Numbered from the stretch's first letter, positions 25,940 to 36,752 are shown. The stretch is 64,000 nucleotides of DNA from a bacterium (GCA_965261595.1 CBDHDG010000007.1:1056001-1120000), one strand, 5' to 3'. Numbers and translations: made by a program. Notes: a model not told the origin generated them from the sequence alone.

Positions 25940-27160
25940 TCAACGCTCTCCCGGTTTTTCCAGGTTGAACAGCTTCAGCGCGTTCTCGCCCAGGATGTTC
26001 CGCTTCGCGCGGTCGGACAGGAAGGGCAGATCGAAGATCGTGCTCGGCAGATCGAAATCCTGGTGCGGCCAATCCGATGCGTAGAGGAGCTGGGTCTCGG
26101 CGTTGATCTTCTTGAAATTGAACTCGAGGGCCTCGAGATCGATTCGCTCGAGCGGCTGCGAGCTGAAGAACATCTCGCGGATGTACTCGCTCGGAAGACG
26201 CTTCAGCATCGGGGCCTCCGAGCTGCGGAGCATGTACTCGTTGTCCAGCCGCTGCATGGTGAAGGGGATCCAGGAGACGCCGCTCTCGATCCAGACGGTC
26301 TTCAGCTTCGGGAAGCGCTCGGGGATGCCGTGGAGCACCCAGTTGGTGAGGTGGACCAGGTTCCACAGGACGAAGGCCACCGAGTGCATGCCGACGAACC
26401 GCTGGAGCTGGGCGATGACCGGCTCCTGCCAGTAGTACCCCCCGTGGAAGGCGATGGGGAGCCCCCGCTCCTCAAGGGCGGCGTACACCTTCATGTACTG
26501 GTTGTCCTGAACCGGCTTGTTCCGGACGCTGGTGACCAGGAAGCCGATAACGCCCGGCTCTTCGGCGAACTCTTCCACCGTTCGGAGCGCCGCGTCCGGA
26601 TCGCTGAAGGGCAGGTAGAGCATCGACTTGATTGCGCCGTCGGCCTTCAAGAGCGTCTCGACCAGCCAACGGTTGTAGGCCTGCCCCAGCAGGACCTCCA
26701 TGTAAAGCTGCGGGTGCATGCCGAGGCTCAACATCCCCGTGGGGAAGACCACGATGTAATCCACGCCTATGCTCTCCATGGCCCTGCGGATCAGGACGAC
26801 ATCGCGATGGACATCGGTTTGCTCGACGGTCTCGCGCCGGTCCATCTGGTGGGGGATTCGCCCGCCCACGTCCTGGTAGCGCATGCCCAGGTCGCCGTTC
26901 AGGCCATAGGGGGGAGACCCGGTCCGGTAGGCGTGATAGCTCTGCGCCTGGGAGCGGATCACGGGGTCTTCGATGAAGTCGGCGACCTCTTTCCAGGAGG
27001 CGGTCTCGATGTGGTGGGAATCGACATCGACGATGACGTAATCCTGATAATTCCGCTCCCTCGCCTGCTGCCCGGCATGGGCGAGGATGTCGCGCGTGTC
27101 CGTATAGACATCGATCTGTTGGATCGGGACGTCGTCCACTTTTTCTGTCTGTAGATTCAT
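25940..27160 (-). CDS. Amidohydrolase family 2 protein (metal-dependent hydrolase/decarboxylase)
   Basis: IVDVDSH, LPIAFH, ERFPKLKTVWIESG, LLYASDWPH. Confidence 0.85.
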   Translation of the reverse strand: MNLQTEKVDDVPIQQIDVYTDTRDILAHAGQQARERNYQDYVIVDVDSHHIETASWKEVADFIEDPVIRSQAQSYHAYRTGSPPYGLNGDLGMRYQDVGGRIPHQMDRRETVEQTDVHRDVVLIRRAMESIGVDYIVVFPTGMLSLGMHPQLYMEVLLGQAYNRWLVETLLKADGAIKSMLYLPFSDPDAALRTVEEFAEEPGVIGFLVTSVRNKPVQDNQYMKVYAALEERGLPIAFHGGYYWQEPVIAQLQRFVGMHSVAFVLWNLVHLTNWVLHGIPERFPKLKTVWIESGVSWIPFTMQRLDNEYMLRSSEAPMLKRLPSEYIREMFFSSQPLERIDLEALEFNFKKINAETQLLYASDWPHQDFDLPSTIFDLPFLSDRAKRNILGENALKLFNLEKPGER

Positions 27161-27386
27161 TACGGATCTCCTGTTCACCGCCTTCGAGAAACAATAGTCT
27201 ATCAGATATCCGCATCCTCCCCAAAAACCGGGCGGAGAGGAGGGGGGGGGTGGAGTTGACCCGAACCGGGCGAGTGTGCGGAAATGCGCGCAGTCCCGAA
27301 ACTACGACACGAACGGCGCCCGGCGAGACCGGGAGAGCGCTCCGGCAAGGAGCGCGACGTCCACCTTCGCCGGCATGGAGGCGACC

Positions 27387-28047
27387 ATGAAGATCATCGA
27401 TCTCAGCCTGAACACCGAGCACCTCGTACCGGTTCCCCCTTTGGTTCCCCAGACGGTCACGATGAGCACGGCCTACCGGAAGCCCACCCACTGGCAGGCC
27501 ACCTGGGTCTCTTTCTCGGCCCACACGGCTTCGCACTGCGATTCCGCCCTTCACGTCCTCGGGGGGAAGGCCCCCATCGACCGGGTCCCGCTGGAGAAGT
27601 TCATCGGCGAGGCGGTCGTCCTGAACATCACCCACAAAGGCCGCAAGAACGCGGAGATCACGCTGGACGACGTGAAGAAATACGACAAGGTCCCCAAGAA
27701 GAACGACATCATTATCCTGCGGACCGACTGGGGGCGGAAGAAGTTCGGCAAGCGGGAGTATTACACCGACTCCCCCTACATCAATGAAGACGTCGCGCGC
27801 TGGCTCGTGCGGAAAGAAGCCCAAGGCCATCGGGTTCGATTTCTTCGAGGAATACAACGCCCGGCTCAAGGACTTCAAGCCGGCCGACTTCGTCGTCCAC
27901 CGGATCATGATGGGGGCCGGGATTTTTCTCATCGAGGGGATCACCAACCTTCACCTCATCAAGAAGAAGCGCTTCGTGCTTCACGCGGCGCCCATCAAGC
28001 TCAAAAAATGCGAGGCGGCCCCGGCGCGGATCTACGCTGTGGTGTGA
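27387..28047 (+). pseudogene. Cyclase/kynurenine formamidase family protein, frameshifted at about 27813-27815 (possibly a read error)
   Basis: MKIIDLS...HTASHCDSALH...ILRTDW in frame 27276; C-terminus AIGFDF...LIEGITNL...AAPARIYAVV in frame 27784; one extra A in GGAAAGAAG. Confidence 0.8.
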
Positions 28048-28103
28048 CCGTCCTTCCTCTCAAGACGCCTTACGGGGGGCCCGAAATAATGAAGAACTTC
28101 TTC

Positions 28104-28153
28104 CAGGGGGACATTTTTGAAAAACTGTCCCCCTGACCCCCTCGAAAAACTTT
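28104..28153 (+). repeat. Palindromic intergenic repeat, copy 1
   Basis: CAGGGGGACATTTTTGAAAAACTGTCCCCCTGACCCCCTCGAAAAACTTT; very similar to 62102-62161. Confidence 0.75.
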
Positions 28154-28399
28154 CTGCGGCCAACCCGGAGGCTTGGCCTTTCTGGATTGGGCGTTAGTTT
28201 GACCAAGCAATTCGTCTGTGGCGAACGGTGGCTTCGAGCTTTCTCCGAATGCCCGCCTTCCTCCGGAAGGCTCCGGCATTCGGACAATGGGCCAGTTTTC
28301 TTGCGATTCGGTTGGCCGTGCGCCACAGAGGTCGTAATGAGCGCAAATCACTTCAACCGCAGCTTGGCCGGCGCGCAAGTGCCATGGAGGTTTCAACGA

Positions 28400-29119
28400 A
28401 TGAAAGGCGTCACGATCATCGACCTGTCCCAGCCCATCTATCAGGGGATGCCGGTTTATCCCGGCCATGTGAAGACGATCATCTTCACCAACCCCTCCCA
28501 CGAAGAGACCCGCAGGGCGAAGAAGGATTTCTCCTACGAGTGCCGGGGTCTCCTGATGAGCGACCACGGCCCCACGCACCTGGACGCCATCAACCACCTC
28601 ACGCCGGACCCGAGCGCGGAGTCCATTGACCGGATCCCGCTGGAGACCTTCTTCACGCCGGCGGTTTGCCTGGACGTCTCTCACGTCGGCGCCCAGGTCA
28701 CGATCTCCAAGGCGAATCTGGAGGCGGCCCTCGAGACGCACGGCCTGAAGATCGAGCAGGGCGACACGGTTTTGCTCTGGACCGGGCACTATGACCGGAA
28801 CTACGGGAAGAACGACAACATCGAATGGCTCTACGAATACCCGGGCCTGGATCGGGAGGCGACGGAGTGGCTTCACGACCAGGGGTGCATCAATGTCGGC
28901 GTGGACGCCCCCAGCATCGACAACTTCAAGGACACGACCTATCCCGCCCACCACGTCTGCCTGGAGCGGAAGATGATCAACACCGAGAACCTCTGCAACC
29001 TGGACCAGGTGGCGGGCAAGCGGTTCATCTTCAGCGGCCTGCCGCTCAAGGTCATCGATGGCACAGGCTCTCCCATCCGCGCGGTGGCGCTGTTCCTCGA
29101 TGACGATTTTGGGAGCTGA
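28400..29119 (+). CDS. Cyclase family protein
   Basis: IIDLSQPIYQGMPVYPG, SDHGPTHLDA, VGVDAPSID, ENLCNL, GTGSPIRAVA; GGAGG RBS. Confidence 0.9.
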   Translation: MKGVTIIDLSQPIYQGMPVYPGHVKTIIFTNPSHEETRRAKKDFSYECRGLLMSDHGPTHLDAINHLTPDPSAESIDRIPLETFFTPAVCLDVSHVGAQVTISKANLEAALETHGLKIEQGDTVLLWTGHYDRNYGKNDNIEWLYEYPGLDREATEWLHDQGCINVGVDAPSIDNFKDTTYPAHHVCLERKMINTENLCNLDQVAGKRFIFSGLPLKVIDGTGSPIRAVALFLDDDFGS

Positions 29120-29380
29120 AGATTCGGTGGAATCGGTATGTCATGAAGTCCGGTCATGATTGAAAACGGACAGAAGGTTGAGAAAACCGGGCCAGGAACA
29201 CGCGGCCCCCGATGGATCAACAAAAGGATTGACCCCGATTTCGACCTGCAAGCCTTATCCTACATTCCTCACAATTCGCAAGGCCAAGCCGCTTGGATGG
29301 GAGGAAACTTATTGTGGGTCAACCACTTGGCAGAAAAAAGGATTTCGACCTGATAGAAACAGGGTGTTCCGCTGGGCGTT

Positions 29381-29464
29381 TGTAGGGCGGGTACAGAGCC
29401 CCGCCCCTACATTTGAATAATCGTCAGCACCTTTCCATGTAGGGGCGGGGCTCTGTACCGGCCC
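29381..29464. repeat. GTAG-type REP doublet (REPIN-like)
   Basis: GTAGGGCGGGTACAGAGCCCCGCCCCTAC and its inverted copy GTAGGGGCGGGGCTCTGTACCGGCCC. Confidence 0.7.
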
Positions 29465-29593
29465 CCCTGTGGGTCGGGGCGTGAGGCGTGAGTTGGTGGC
29501 GCGGCCCCATCGAAACCTTTGTGAGAATTGCGGCCTATCCCTTTTCTTGATGGACCGATAAGCAAATCGGCCCGATGAAAAAGGAATCCTCTA

Positions 29594-30463
29594 TTGAGCA
29601 GCGCTCTGTTTTGGGGACTTCTGGCCGGCGCTTCATTCGGTGTCGGGGACTTTGCGATTCGGATGGGCGTGCGCAATGGGATGCCGTTCACCGGGGCCAT
29701 CATCATCTCCTCAACGGTCATCGTCGTCTCCGGCGTCGCGGCCGGCATTCATGGCGTCACGGCCGGCCCTTTGTGGCCCGCGGTCGGCTGGTTTTTACTC
29801 ATGGGATTGGCGGCTTCGGGTCCCGGAAGGATCTTCTTTTTTTACAGCCTGCGCCGTATCGGCGTCTCCAGGGCCACAGTGCTGATCACCGTCACTCCCC
29901 TGTTCAGCCTGCTCTATGCCGTGGTCTTCCTGGGCGAGCGCCCTTCCTGGCCCATCGTCCTCGGACTGCTGTTCGTCATCTCGGGCGTCGGCGCTGTTGT
30001 GAAGGACCGGTCGGGAATTCGAATGAGCCCGAAGGAAGTGCTGCTCGGTTTGACGCCGGCCCTCTTTTTGGGGGGGACGCTCGTCTTCAGCCGCCTGGGG
30101 ATGCAGTCCCTGCCGGATCCCACCCTCGGAAACATTGTGACCTCCCTGGGATCCTTGCTCTTCCTGTTGGGGGCTCAGCCTCTCATCCCAAAAAAGGAGC
30201 GCTGGGGCGCCGGGCGGGGGGGGCTGATGTATTTCGGCTTAGGTGGCCTTTGCTATTGCGCCGCGTTCTTCGCTTACCACACGGCTTTGGGAGCCGGGCC
30301 TGTCAGCTTTATCGCGCCTCTGACTTTCACCTCCTCGCTCTTCTCCATCCTGATTGCCCGCCTCTTCGCCCAGGAGCTGGAACGGGTCACATGGCGTCTT
30401 GCCGCAGGGGCTTTGGTGGTCTTCATCGGGGTCTATCTGGTCTCCCTCTCCAAGGGGGGGTGA
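29594..30463 (+). CDS. EamA/DMT family transporter
   Basis: About ten hydrophobic helices, two repeats, GVSRAT...PLFS...FLGERP. Confidence 0.85.
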   Translation: MSSALFWGLLAGASFGVGDFAIRMGVRNGMPFTGAIIISSTVIVVSGVAAGIHGVTAGPLWPAVGWFLLMGLAASGPGRIFFFYSLRRIGVSRATVLITVTPLFSLLYAVVFLGERPSWPIVLGLLFVISGVGAVVKDRSGIRMSPKEVLLGLTPALFLGGTLVFSRLGMQSLPDPTLGNIVTSLGSLLFLLGAQPLIPKKERWGAGRGGLMYFGLGGLCYCAAFFAYHTALGAGPVSFIAPLTFTSSLFSILIARLFAQELERVTWRLAAGALVVFIGVYLVSLSKGG

Positions 30464-30563
30464 CGCCGCGCTTTCTTAAGGCCGCATGGAGATGCCGGGC
30501 CTCTCTCCAGCGAGTGGCTGCGTGGCCCGGCCCGTGACATTTCCGAATTGGGAGCAGATCGTC

Positions 30564-31262
30564 ATGAAGGATAAAACATGCGGCCGGTGGTGGCGGGGAA
30601 CGCGATGGCTGGTGCTTGGACTCCTCTTGCCGATAGGCGCCGCGTGCGCCGCTTCAACCACGGAAATGGAGAAAGATAAGCAACTGATTGCGGCGGCCGA
30701 GCGTGGCGAAGCGGCGACCGTGGCGCGTTTGTTGGAACAAGGCGCGAGCGTCCGCACTCGGGATGAAAACGGTGTCACCGCCCTGATTGCCGCGGCATAT
30801 CGGAATCATCTGGAAACGGCCGAACTCTTGATCAAGGCGGGCGCGGATGTCAACGCGCAAGACAATACTCAACAAAGCGCGTATTTGATCACCACATCCG
30901 AAGGGTGGCCTCCACTCCTAAAACTTACGCTCCAAGCGGGCGCGGATGTTCGCAGCCTGGACAGTTACAATGGCACGGGGCTGATCCGGGCGGCTGATCG
31001 TGGACACGTCGCGATCATCAAGGCGTTGTTGAAAACAAAGATTCAAGTCAATCACGTCAATCGTCTCGGGTGGACGGCGCTGCTCGAAGCCATCATCTTG
31101 GGAGACGGCGGACCGCGTCATACGGAAGTCGTGCGGCTCATCGTTCAAGCCGGCGCCGACGTTAACCTTGCGGACAGCGGCGGGGTGACGCCACTTGCCC
31201 ATGCGGTCCAACGCGGCTACGGGAAAATGATGTCCATCTTGAAAAAGGCCGGGGCGCGTTAA
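30564..31262 (+). CDS. Ankyrin-repeat protein, probably exported
   Basis: Repeats GVTALIAAA, AGADVNAQD, GWTALLEA, GVTPLAHA; N-terminal hydrophobic segment. Confidence 0.88.
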   Translation: MKDKTCGRWWRGTRWLVLGLLLPIGAACAASTTEMEKDKQLIAAAERGEAATVARLLEQGASVRTRDENGVTALIAAAYRNHLETAELLIKAGADVNAQDNTQQSAYLITTSEGWPPLLKLTLQAGADVRSLDSYNGTGLIRAADRGHVAIIKALLKTKIQVNHVNRLGWTALLEAIILGDGGPRHTEVVRLIVQAGADVNLADSGGVTPLAHAVQRGYGKMMSILKKAGAR

Positions 31263-31402
31263 GATGCGAAAATCTCTTTTCGGTTTTGCACAGCGATGAC
31301 CATCAGACTGCCGTGTGCCGTTGAAAACGGTCGTAGACCGCTCCCTGAACCCAATGGTTTCCCCCCGACACCCATCGGAAGGAGGATACCCGGGGTAGGC
31401 CA

Positions 31403-32617
31403 ATGGAGAACCGCCGGATGAAGGCATCGCATGATTTGGCGTTGTTACAGCCGGGAAGAATTGGAAACCTGGAAATCCGAAACCGCTTCGTTCGCTCCGC
31501 GACGGGGGAAAGCCTCGCGGACGGGCACGGGTTCATCACGCAAGGGTTTCAGGACCTCCACGTCACACTGGCCCGGCACGGCGTGGGACTGCTCATCACG
31601 GGGCACATCTACGTCCACCCGAGGGGGATGCACAAACCGGGCATGACGGGCCTGGACCGGGATGATCACATCGGCCCGCTCCAGCGTCTCACCGAGACCG
31701 TCCACGCCGAGGGCGCGCGAATCTTCGCGGAGCTCAGTCACACGGGAGAGAAGAACGCGATGCCGGGCGCGGAGCCGATCGCGCCTTCCGCCAAGCAAAA
31801 TCCCCAGACGAAGAAAACGGCCAAGGCCGCGACGGAGGAAGAGATCCTGGAGGTCATCGACTCCTTTCGGAGCGCGGCCCGGCGGGCGAAGGAAGCGGGC
31901 TTCGACGGCATCCACATTCACGGCGCCCACGGTTACCTGATCTCGCAGTTCCTTTCTCCTTTCGTAAACCACCGGGAAGACGCCTGGGGCGGGCCGCTGG
32001 AGAACCGTCAGCGCTTCGTCTTCGAGGTTTATCAAGCGATTCGCGCCGCCGCGGGCGCCGACTTTCTTGTGACGATCAAACTGGGGATACGGGATTTTGT
32101 GACAGGCGGCTTCACGCCGGAAGAGGGACTGGCCACCGCGGAAAGGTTGGCGGAGATGGGGGTCGACGCCATCGAGATCTCCTCCGGCGTCAACGAAACC
32201 GGGTGGGCGGGGGCTTGGCCGTACGCGGGCGTGACCCGGAAGCGCGCCCTGGAGGACAAGCTGTTCCACCGGATTTTCGCAAAGCCGGTTCCCGAAGGCC
32301 ATTTTTTGGAGGAAACCCGCCGGGTGCGGGAACGGGTGAAATGTCAGGTGATCGCCGTCGGCGGTCTCCGGACGGTGGAGATGATGGAATCCATTATCAA
32401 AGGGGGAACGGCCGATTTCGTCTCCCTGAGTCGGCCGTTCATCCGGGAGCCGGATCTGGTCCGCAAGATCGAGCAAGGGAAACGCGGTTCGGTCGATTGC
32501 ACCTCCTGTAACATTTGCAGCGACCACTCCGGCCTGCACGGGCTGCAATGCTGGAGGAAAACCAACAAAGACTTGCTCGCTCACGCGTGGTATCGATTCA
32601 CGGGACAACTGCACTGA
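31403..32617 (+). CDS. NADH:flavin oxidoreductase (old yellow enzyme family)
   Basis: NRFVRSAT, GFDGIHIHGAHGYLISQFLSP, WGGPLENR, C-terminal CTSCNIC. Confidence 0.92.
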   Translation: MENRRMKASHDLALLQPGRIGNLEIRNRFVRSATGESLADGHGFITQGFQDLHVTLARHGVGLLITGHIYVHPRGMHKPGMTGLDRDDHIGPLQRLTETVHAEGARIFAELSHTGEKNAMPGAEPIAPSAKQNPQTKKTAKAATEEEILEVIDSFRSAARRAKEAGFDGIHIHGAHGYLISQFLSPFVNHREDAWGGPLENRQRFVFEVYQAIRAAAGADFLVTIKLGIRDFVTGGFTPEEGLATAERLAEMGVDAIEISSGVNETGWAGAWPYAGVTRKRALEDKLFHRIFAKPVPEGHFLEETRRVRERVKCQVIAVGGLRTVEMMESIIKGGTADFVSLSRPFIREPDLVRKIEQGKRGSVDCTSCNICSDHSGLHGLQCWRKTNKDLLAHAWYRFTGQLH

Positions 32618-32688
32618 GACGCACGGACGGGACCTCATTTTTTACAATGCGGTCCGGCGCCATTCCGGCTTTATTGAATGGAAATGCG

Positions 32689-35028
32689 CTAGGCGGTTTT
32701 TTGCAGGGCCGCGAGAACGCGATCGGGCGAGAACGGGATGTCTTGAAGCCGGACCCCGACGGCGTCGCGGATGGCGTTGGCCACGGCCGCGGCCGTCGGG
32801 ACCAGCGCCGGCTCGCCGATCCCCTTGGCGCCGAAAGGCCCCGTCGGGTCCGGGTCTTCCACAAGGAGAGAATGAACCTCCGGCATGTCCAGCGTGGATA
32901 GGATCTTGTAGTCGAGCAACGTCGGATTGGTCACCGCTCCATTTTCAAACACCATCTCTTCCGATAACACCCACCCGACGCCGATGGACACCCCCCCTTC
33001 GATCTGTCCTTCACACCCCACGGGGCTGATGGCCCGCCCGATGTCATGGGCGGAATGGATGCTGATCACCTCCACGCCGCCGGTTTCGGTGTCCACTTCC
33101 ACCTGGGCGATTTGCGTCCCGTAGATCAATGCGGGTCTCGATGTGAAATGCCATCCCTCGACCCGCAAGTCTTCAGGCGGATCGTATTCGGGAGGATCGA
33201 AGTGAGTCCCCTTTCCAAGGATCACGCCGCCATCCACGTAATGTCCGTACGTGACCACAGCGTCGTAGCCGGCCCGGCGGCCGGGCGCGCTCTTGACGTA
33301 GACCTCGCCGTCCTCCATCTCGAGATCCTTCGGATCGGCCTCCAGCATCGCGCCGGCGATATCCAGAAACTGTTCTCGGACCTCGGCCGCCGCGCGCACG
33401 ATGGCGTTGCCGGTGTTGTACGTCGTCCGGCTCGCGTCGGTCGACCAATCGTAAGGCGCGGTGAGCGTGTCTGAAAGGACAATCGAAATCCTCTCGATGG
33501 GAACGCCGAGCGCCTCGGCGGCCATCTGGGCAAAGATGGTCCTTTGGCCGGCGCCGATCTCGGTCCCCCCCGCCATGACGGTCAGGCCGCCGCCGGATTC
33601 CATCTTGACGATGGCGCTCGACGCGTAAATAGCGCTCCCGTGCTCCATCGAGGCCACGCCGATTCCGGTCTTCTTCCTTGGATCGCGAGGCTTCCGTGCG
33701 GGCTTCTTCCGGTTCTCCCAATCCCAGCCCACCGCCGCCGCCGCCCGGCGGAGCGTCTCCTGGTACGCGGCGTGGGGCGTGGCCTGGCCGGTCAGAAGAC
33801 GCCCCCCCGTTGTCATGCCGTTCTTCATCCGCAGCTCAATGGGATCGATGCCGATCTCCGCGGCCAAATCATCCAACTGGGACTCGCCGGCGAAGTGGAC
33901 CTGCGGGCCCCCGTATCCCCGGTACCCTCCGAAGGGGACCTTGTTGGTATAGACGAGACTCCCATCCACACGGACATGGGGGACATGGTAAGGGCCCTGC
34001 GCGCGGGAGGCGGCGGTGCCGACCACACCGGGACCCTGATGGGCATAGGCGCCGGAATCGGCGATGAACCTGATCTCCCTGGCGGTGATCCGGCCGTCCG
34101 TCATGACGCCGGTCTTATATTTCAGCCGGAAAGGGTGCCTGGGATGTCCCGAGATGAACTCCTCCTCGCGGGTGAGGACAATCTTCACGGGACGGCCCGT
34201 CATCCGGGCGAGAAGGACCGCGTGAGGCTCGACTCGAACGCTCAGCTTCCCCCCGAATCCTCCCCCGATGAACGGCGCGATGACCCGGATCCGGCTCGGA
34301 TGAATCGCCAACGTGTCCGACAACCCCTGTCGAGTCTCGGCAACCGTCTGTGTGCTTGTCCAGGCGGTGACTTTTCCTTTCACGTCCACCTGGGCCACAA
34401 CGGCGTGGGGCTCCATGTAACATTGGTGGTGGGCCGAGGTCCCGAATTCCTGTTCCAGAACGTGGTCGGCTTCTTCAAAGCCTTTCTCCGGGTTTCCCTT
34501 GAGCACTTTGACCCGGTAGGCGACGTTGCCGTAGCGGATGGGCTTGAAATGCGGAACGTGCTTATAACACTCCAAGTCCTCATGGACCAGCGGGGCATCG
34601 GGCTTCAGGGCCTCCAGGGGATCGAAGACAGGGGGCAGCTCCTCATAGTCCGCTTCAATCAGCTCGACGGCTTCCGCCGCCGCGTCCTCATCGGCCGCCG
34701 CCACCGCCGCGATGGGCTCGCCCACATAACGAACCTTCTTCTGGGCCAAAATGGGATAGTCGAGAACGACGGGGCCGAAGCCGAGGAGATTGCCGTCCCC
34801 GTCTTTCGGGCAGTCCTTCGCCGTGAGGACCGCTTTGACGCCCCGGACTTTCAGGGCCCTGGACACATCCACATTCAGGATCCGGGCGTGAGGCAGCCTG
34901 CCGCGGAAGTATTTTCCGTGCAACATGTTCGGCAGGCTCATGTCGGTGACGAAGGCGCCCGTGCCGGTTGCCTTCTCGGCCCCGTCTTCACGAGGCAGGT
35001 TCCGGCCGATCCATCGATGTTCTTTCAC
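32689..35028 (-). CDS. Xanthine dehydrogenase family molybdopterin-binding subunit (GTG start)
   Basis: GGGFGGK, YRGYGGPQ, GQIEGG, FGAKGIGEP. Confidence 0.93.
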   Translation of the reverse strand: MKEHRWIGRNLPREDGAEKATGTGAFVTDMSLPNMLHGKYFRGRLPHARILNVDVSRALKVRGVKAVLTAKDCPKDGDGNLLGFGPVVLDYPILAQKKVRYVGEPIAAVAAADEDAAAEAVELIEADYEELPPVFDPLEALKPDAPLVHEDLECYKHVPHFKPIRYGNVAYRVKVLKGNPEKGFEEADHVLEQEFGTSAHHQCYMEPHAVVAQVDVKGKVTAWTSTQTVAETRQGLSDTLAIHPSRIRVIAPFIGGGFGGKLSVRVEPHAVLLARMTGRPVKIVLTREEEFISGHPRHPFRLKYKTGVMTDGRITAREIRFIADSGAYAHQGPGVVGTAASRAQGPYHVPHVRVDGSLVYTNKVPFGGYRGYGGPQVHFAGESQLDDLAAEIGIDPIELRMKNGMTTGGRLLTGQATPHAAYQETLRRAAAAVGWDWENRKKPARKPRDPRKKTGIGVASMEHGSAIYASSAIVKMESGGGLTVMAGGTEIGAGQRTIFAQMAAEALGVPIERISIVLSDTLTAPYDWSTDASRTTYNTGNAIVRAAAEVREQFLDIAGAMLEADPKDLEMEDGEVYVKSAPGRRAGYDAVVTYGHYVDGGVILGKGTHFDPPEYDPPEDLRVEGWHFTSRPALIYGTQIAQVEVDTETGGVEVISIHSAHDIGRAISPVGCEGQIEGGVSIGVGWVLSEEMVFENGAVTNPTLLDYKILSTLDMPEVHSLLVEDPDPTGPFGAKGIGEPALVPTAAAVANAIRDAVGVRLQDIPFSPDRVLAALQKTA

Positions 35029-35307
35029 CGCTCCCGCTTTCCTCTCACCCTTCCCGTTTGAAACGAACCGTCTCAGGGCCGCATGAGGTTCAGATTTTGA
35101 ATCATCAACCCACAAAAGACCCGACCCATGTCTCTGCGCCGCACTTCCACTCTATCCCCGAGAGGTTCCCGACGCAAAGGGTTAAAAGGGGTCGGACCTT
35201 TCGGGCGGAGGTGTTTTTACCCCGCCGTGTGCGGTATGCTGGGCACCTGAGCTGGCCCTGTCGCCATCCATCATTCCGTCCCGTCTCCAACGAGGAAGTC
35301 CCTTTCC

Positions 35308-36480
35308 GTGACGACCCGGAACCGCTGGTTTCTCCTGGGGTTGACTTGGTGCGCGGCGCTAACCACCCGCGCAAGCTCCACGGGCGTCTCTCCAATCCTG
35401 CCCCTGATCAAAGCCGACCTGGGGCTCAGCTATGCCCAGGCGGGATTCTTGTTCAGCATGCCGACGGTGATGATGGCGCTGTTCGGCCTGCCGGGGGGAT
35501 GGCTTGCGGACCACGTCGGTGTGAAGCGGACCCTCACCCTGGGGATGCTCGCCATTCTGGCCGGGACGGCCTTGCGGGCGGCCGTCGGGGGATATGCATC
35601 CTTGGTGATTTGGACGGCGTTGCTCGGCGCGGGGATGGGCATCTCATCCCCGGCCCTGACGCGGATGGTCAAAGACAATTTTTCGGACTTGCCGGGCACG
35701 GCGACGGGCATCAACACAAGCGGTTTCGTCATCGGTGCGACATTGGGCTCCTGGCTGACCGTCCCCTACATCCTTCAATGGTCCGGGTCTTGGCGGGGAA
35801 CCTTTCTGGTGTGGAGCGGCGTCGCGTTGGTCGCGTTGGCCGGATGGGTATTTCTGGCGCCGTCCGGCAGACCCGCCAACGTCGGAAGACCCCCCGAGCC
35901 GGGCGCGATCTGGAGGGACAAAACCGTCTGGAAGCTGAATATCATCTTCCTTTCGCATAACCTGTTCTTTTACTGCGTGATCACGTGGACCCCAACTTAC
36001 TATCACGAGCTCGGCCTGCCCTTGGGGGAGGGCTCACTCCTTTTGACTCTCTTCATCATCATGGCCCTGCCTTCCAGCCTGGCTGTTCCCTATCTTTCCG
36101 ACCGCTTGGGCGGGCGAAGGGGAAGCCTGGTCTTCTCAAATTTTATTCTTCTGCTGACCTTGCTTGGACCAATTTTTTATCCCTTGTACGCCCCCCGGAC
36201 GTATTTCATTATCATGGGGCTTGCCTCCGGGGGCGTCTTCGCAATGACGTTCGCCCTGCCTTTGGATTACGTGGACCCGCACAAGGTGGGGAGCGTCGCC
36301 GGGGCCAATCTCTTGGTGGGATATGGGGGGGCTTTCCTCGGGCCGCTTCTGATGGGTCTCATTCACGACTCGACCACCGATTTTACGACAAGCTGGTTTC
36401 TGGTTTTGGGAATCGTTATTGTCTGCATGACGACAATCGCGTCCCTGCCGAGAAGGCCGGGTAGAGAGAGCCGCGCTTAG
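35308..36480 (+). CDS. MFS transporter, CynX/NimT-like
   Basis: About 12 TM; SPILPLIKADLGLSYAQAG, GWLADHVG, LSDRLG. Confidence 0.85.
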   Translation: MTTRNRWFLLGLTWCAALTTRASSTGVSPILPLIKADLGLSYAQAGFLFSMPTVMMALFGLPGGWLADHVGVKRTLTLGMLAILAGTALRAAVGGYASLVIWTALLGAGMGISSPALTRMVKDNFSDLPGTATGINTSGFVIGATLGSWLTVPYILQWSGSWRGTFLVWSGVALVALAGWVFLAPSGRPANVGRPPEPGAIWRDKTVWKLNIIFLSHNLFFYCVITWTPTYYHELGLPLGEGSLLLTLFIIMALPSSLAVPYLSDRLGGRRGSLVFSNFILLLTLLGPIFYPLYAPRTYFIIMGLASGGVFAMTFALPLDYVDPHKVGSVAGANLLVGYGGAFLGPLLMGLIHDSTTDFTTSWFLVLGIVIVCMTTIASLPRRPGRESRA

Positions 36481-36571
36481 GTCGTTCCAGTCTTCGCCGA
36501 CGTGCCCTTGGATCGAAGGGGATCAAGGGGGGGGGGGAAGAGAAGATGAAGGAGGGGGAGGGGGGAGCACG

Positions 36572-36657
36572 ATGCGCTTGATGACCCGACATGTTGCCGT
36601 CTGGGGGATCTCAAGCCTGGTAACGCTTGGTTTCGCGCTCTTTGGAACGTTTACGAT
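36572..36657 (+). pseudogene. 5' remnant (signal-peptide-like) of a gene cut by the IS1595 left end
   Basis: G-rich RBS, then MRLMTRHVAVWGISSLVTLGFALFGTFTM running directly into the TIR. Confidence 0.45.
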
Positions 36658-36752
36658 GGGAATTATGTCGCAAAGTAACATTTCCCCTTGACATCGGGTC
36701 CCCGATGGCCCATGCTCCCTACATGAGAGTAACATCCATTAAGGGGGAACCG

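Noticed and set aside
32689..35028. CO dehydrogenase CoxL
   Set aside because: Lacks the AYxCSFR active-site loop (has GYRGYGG)
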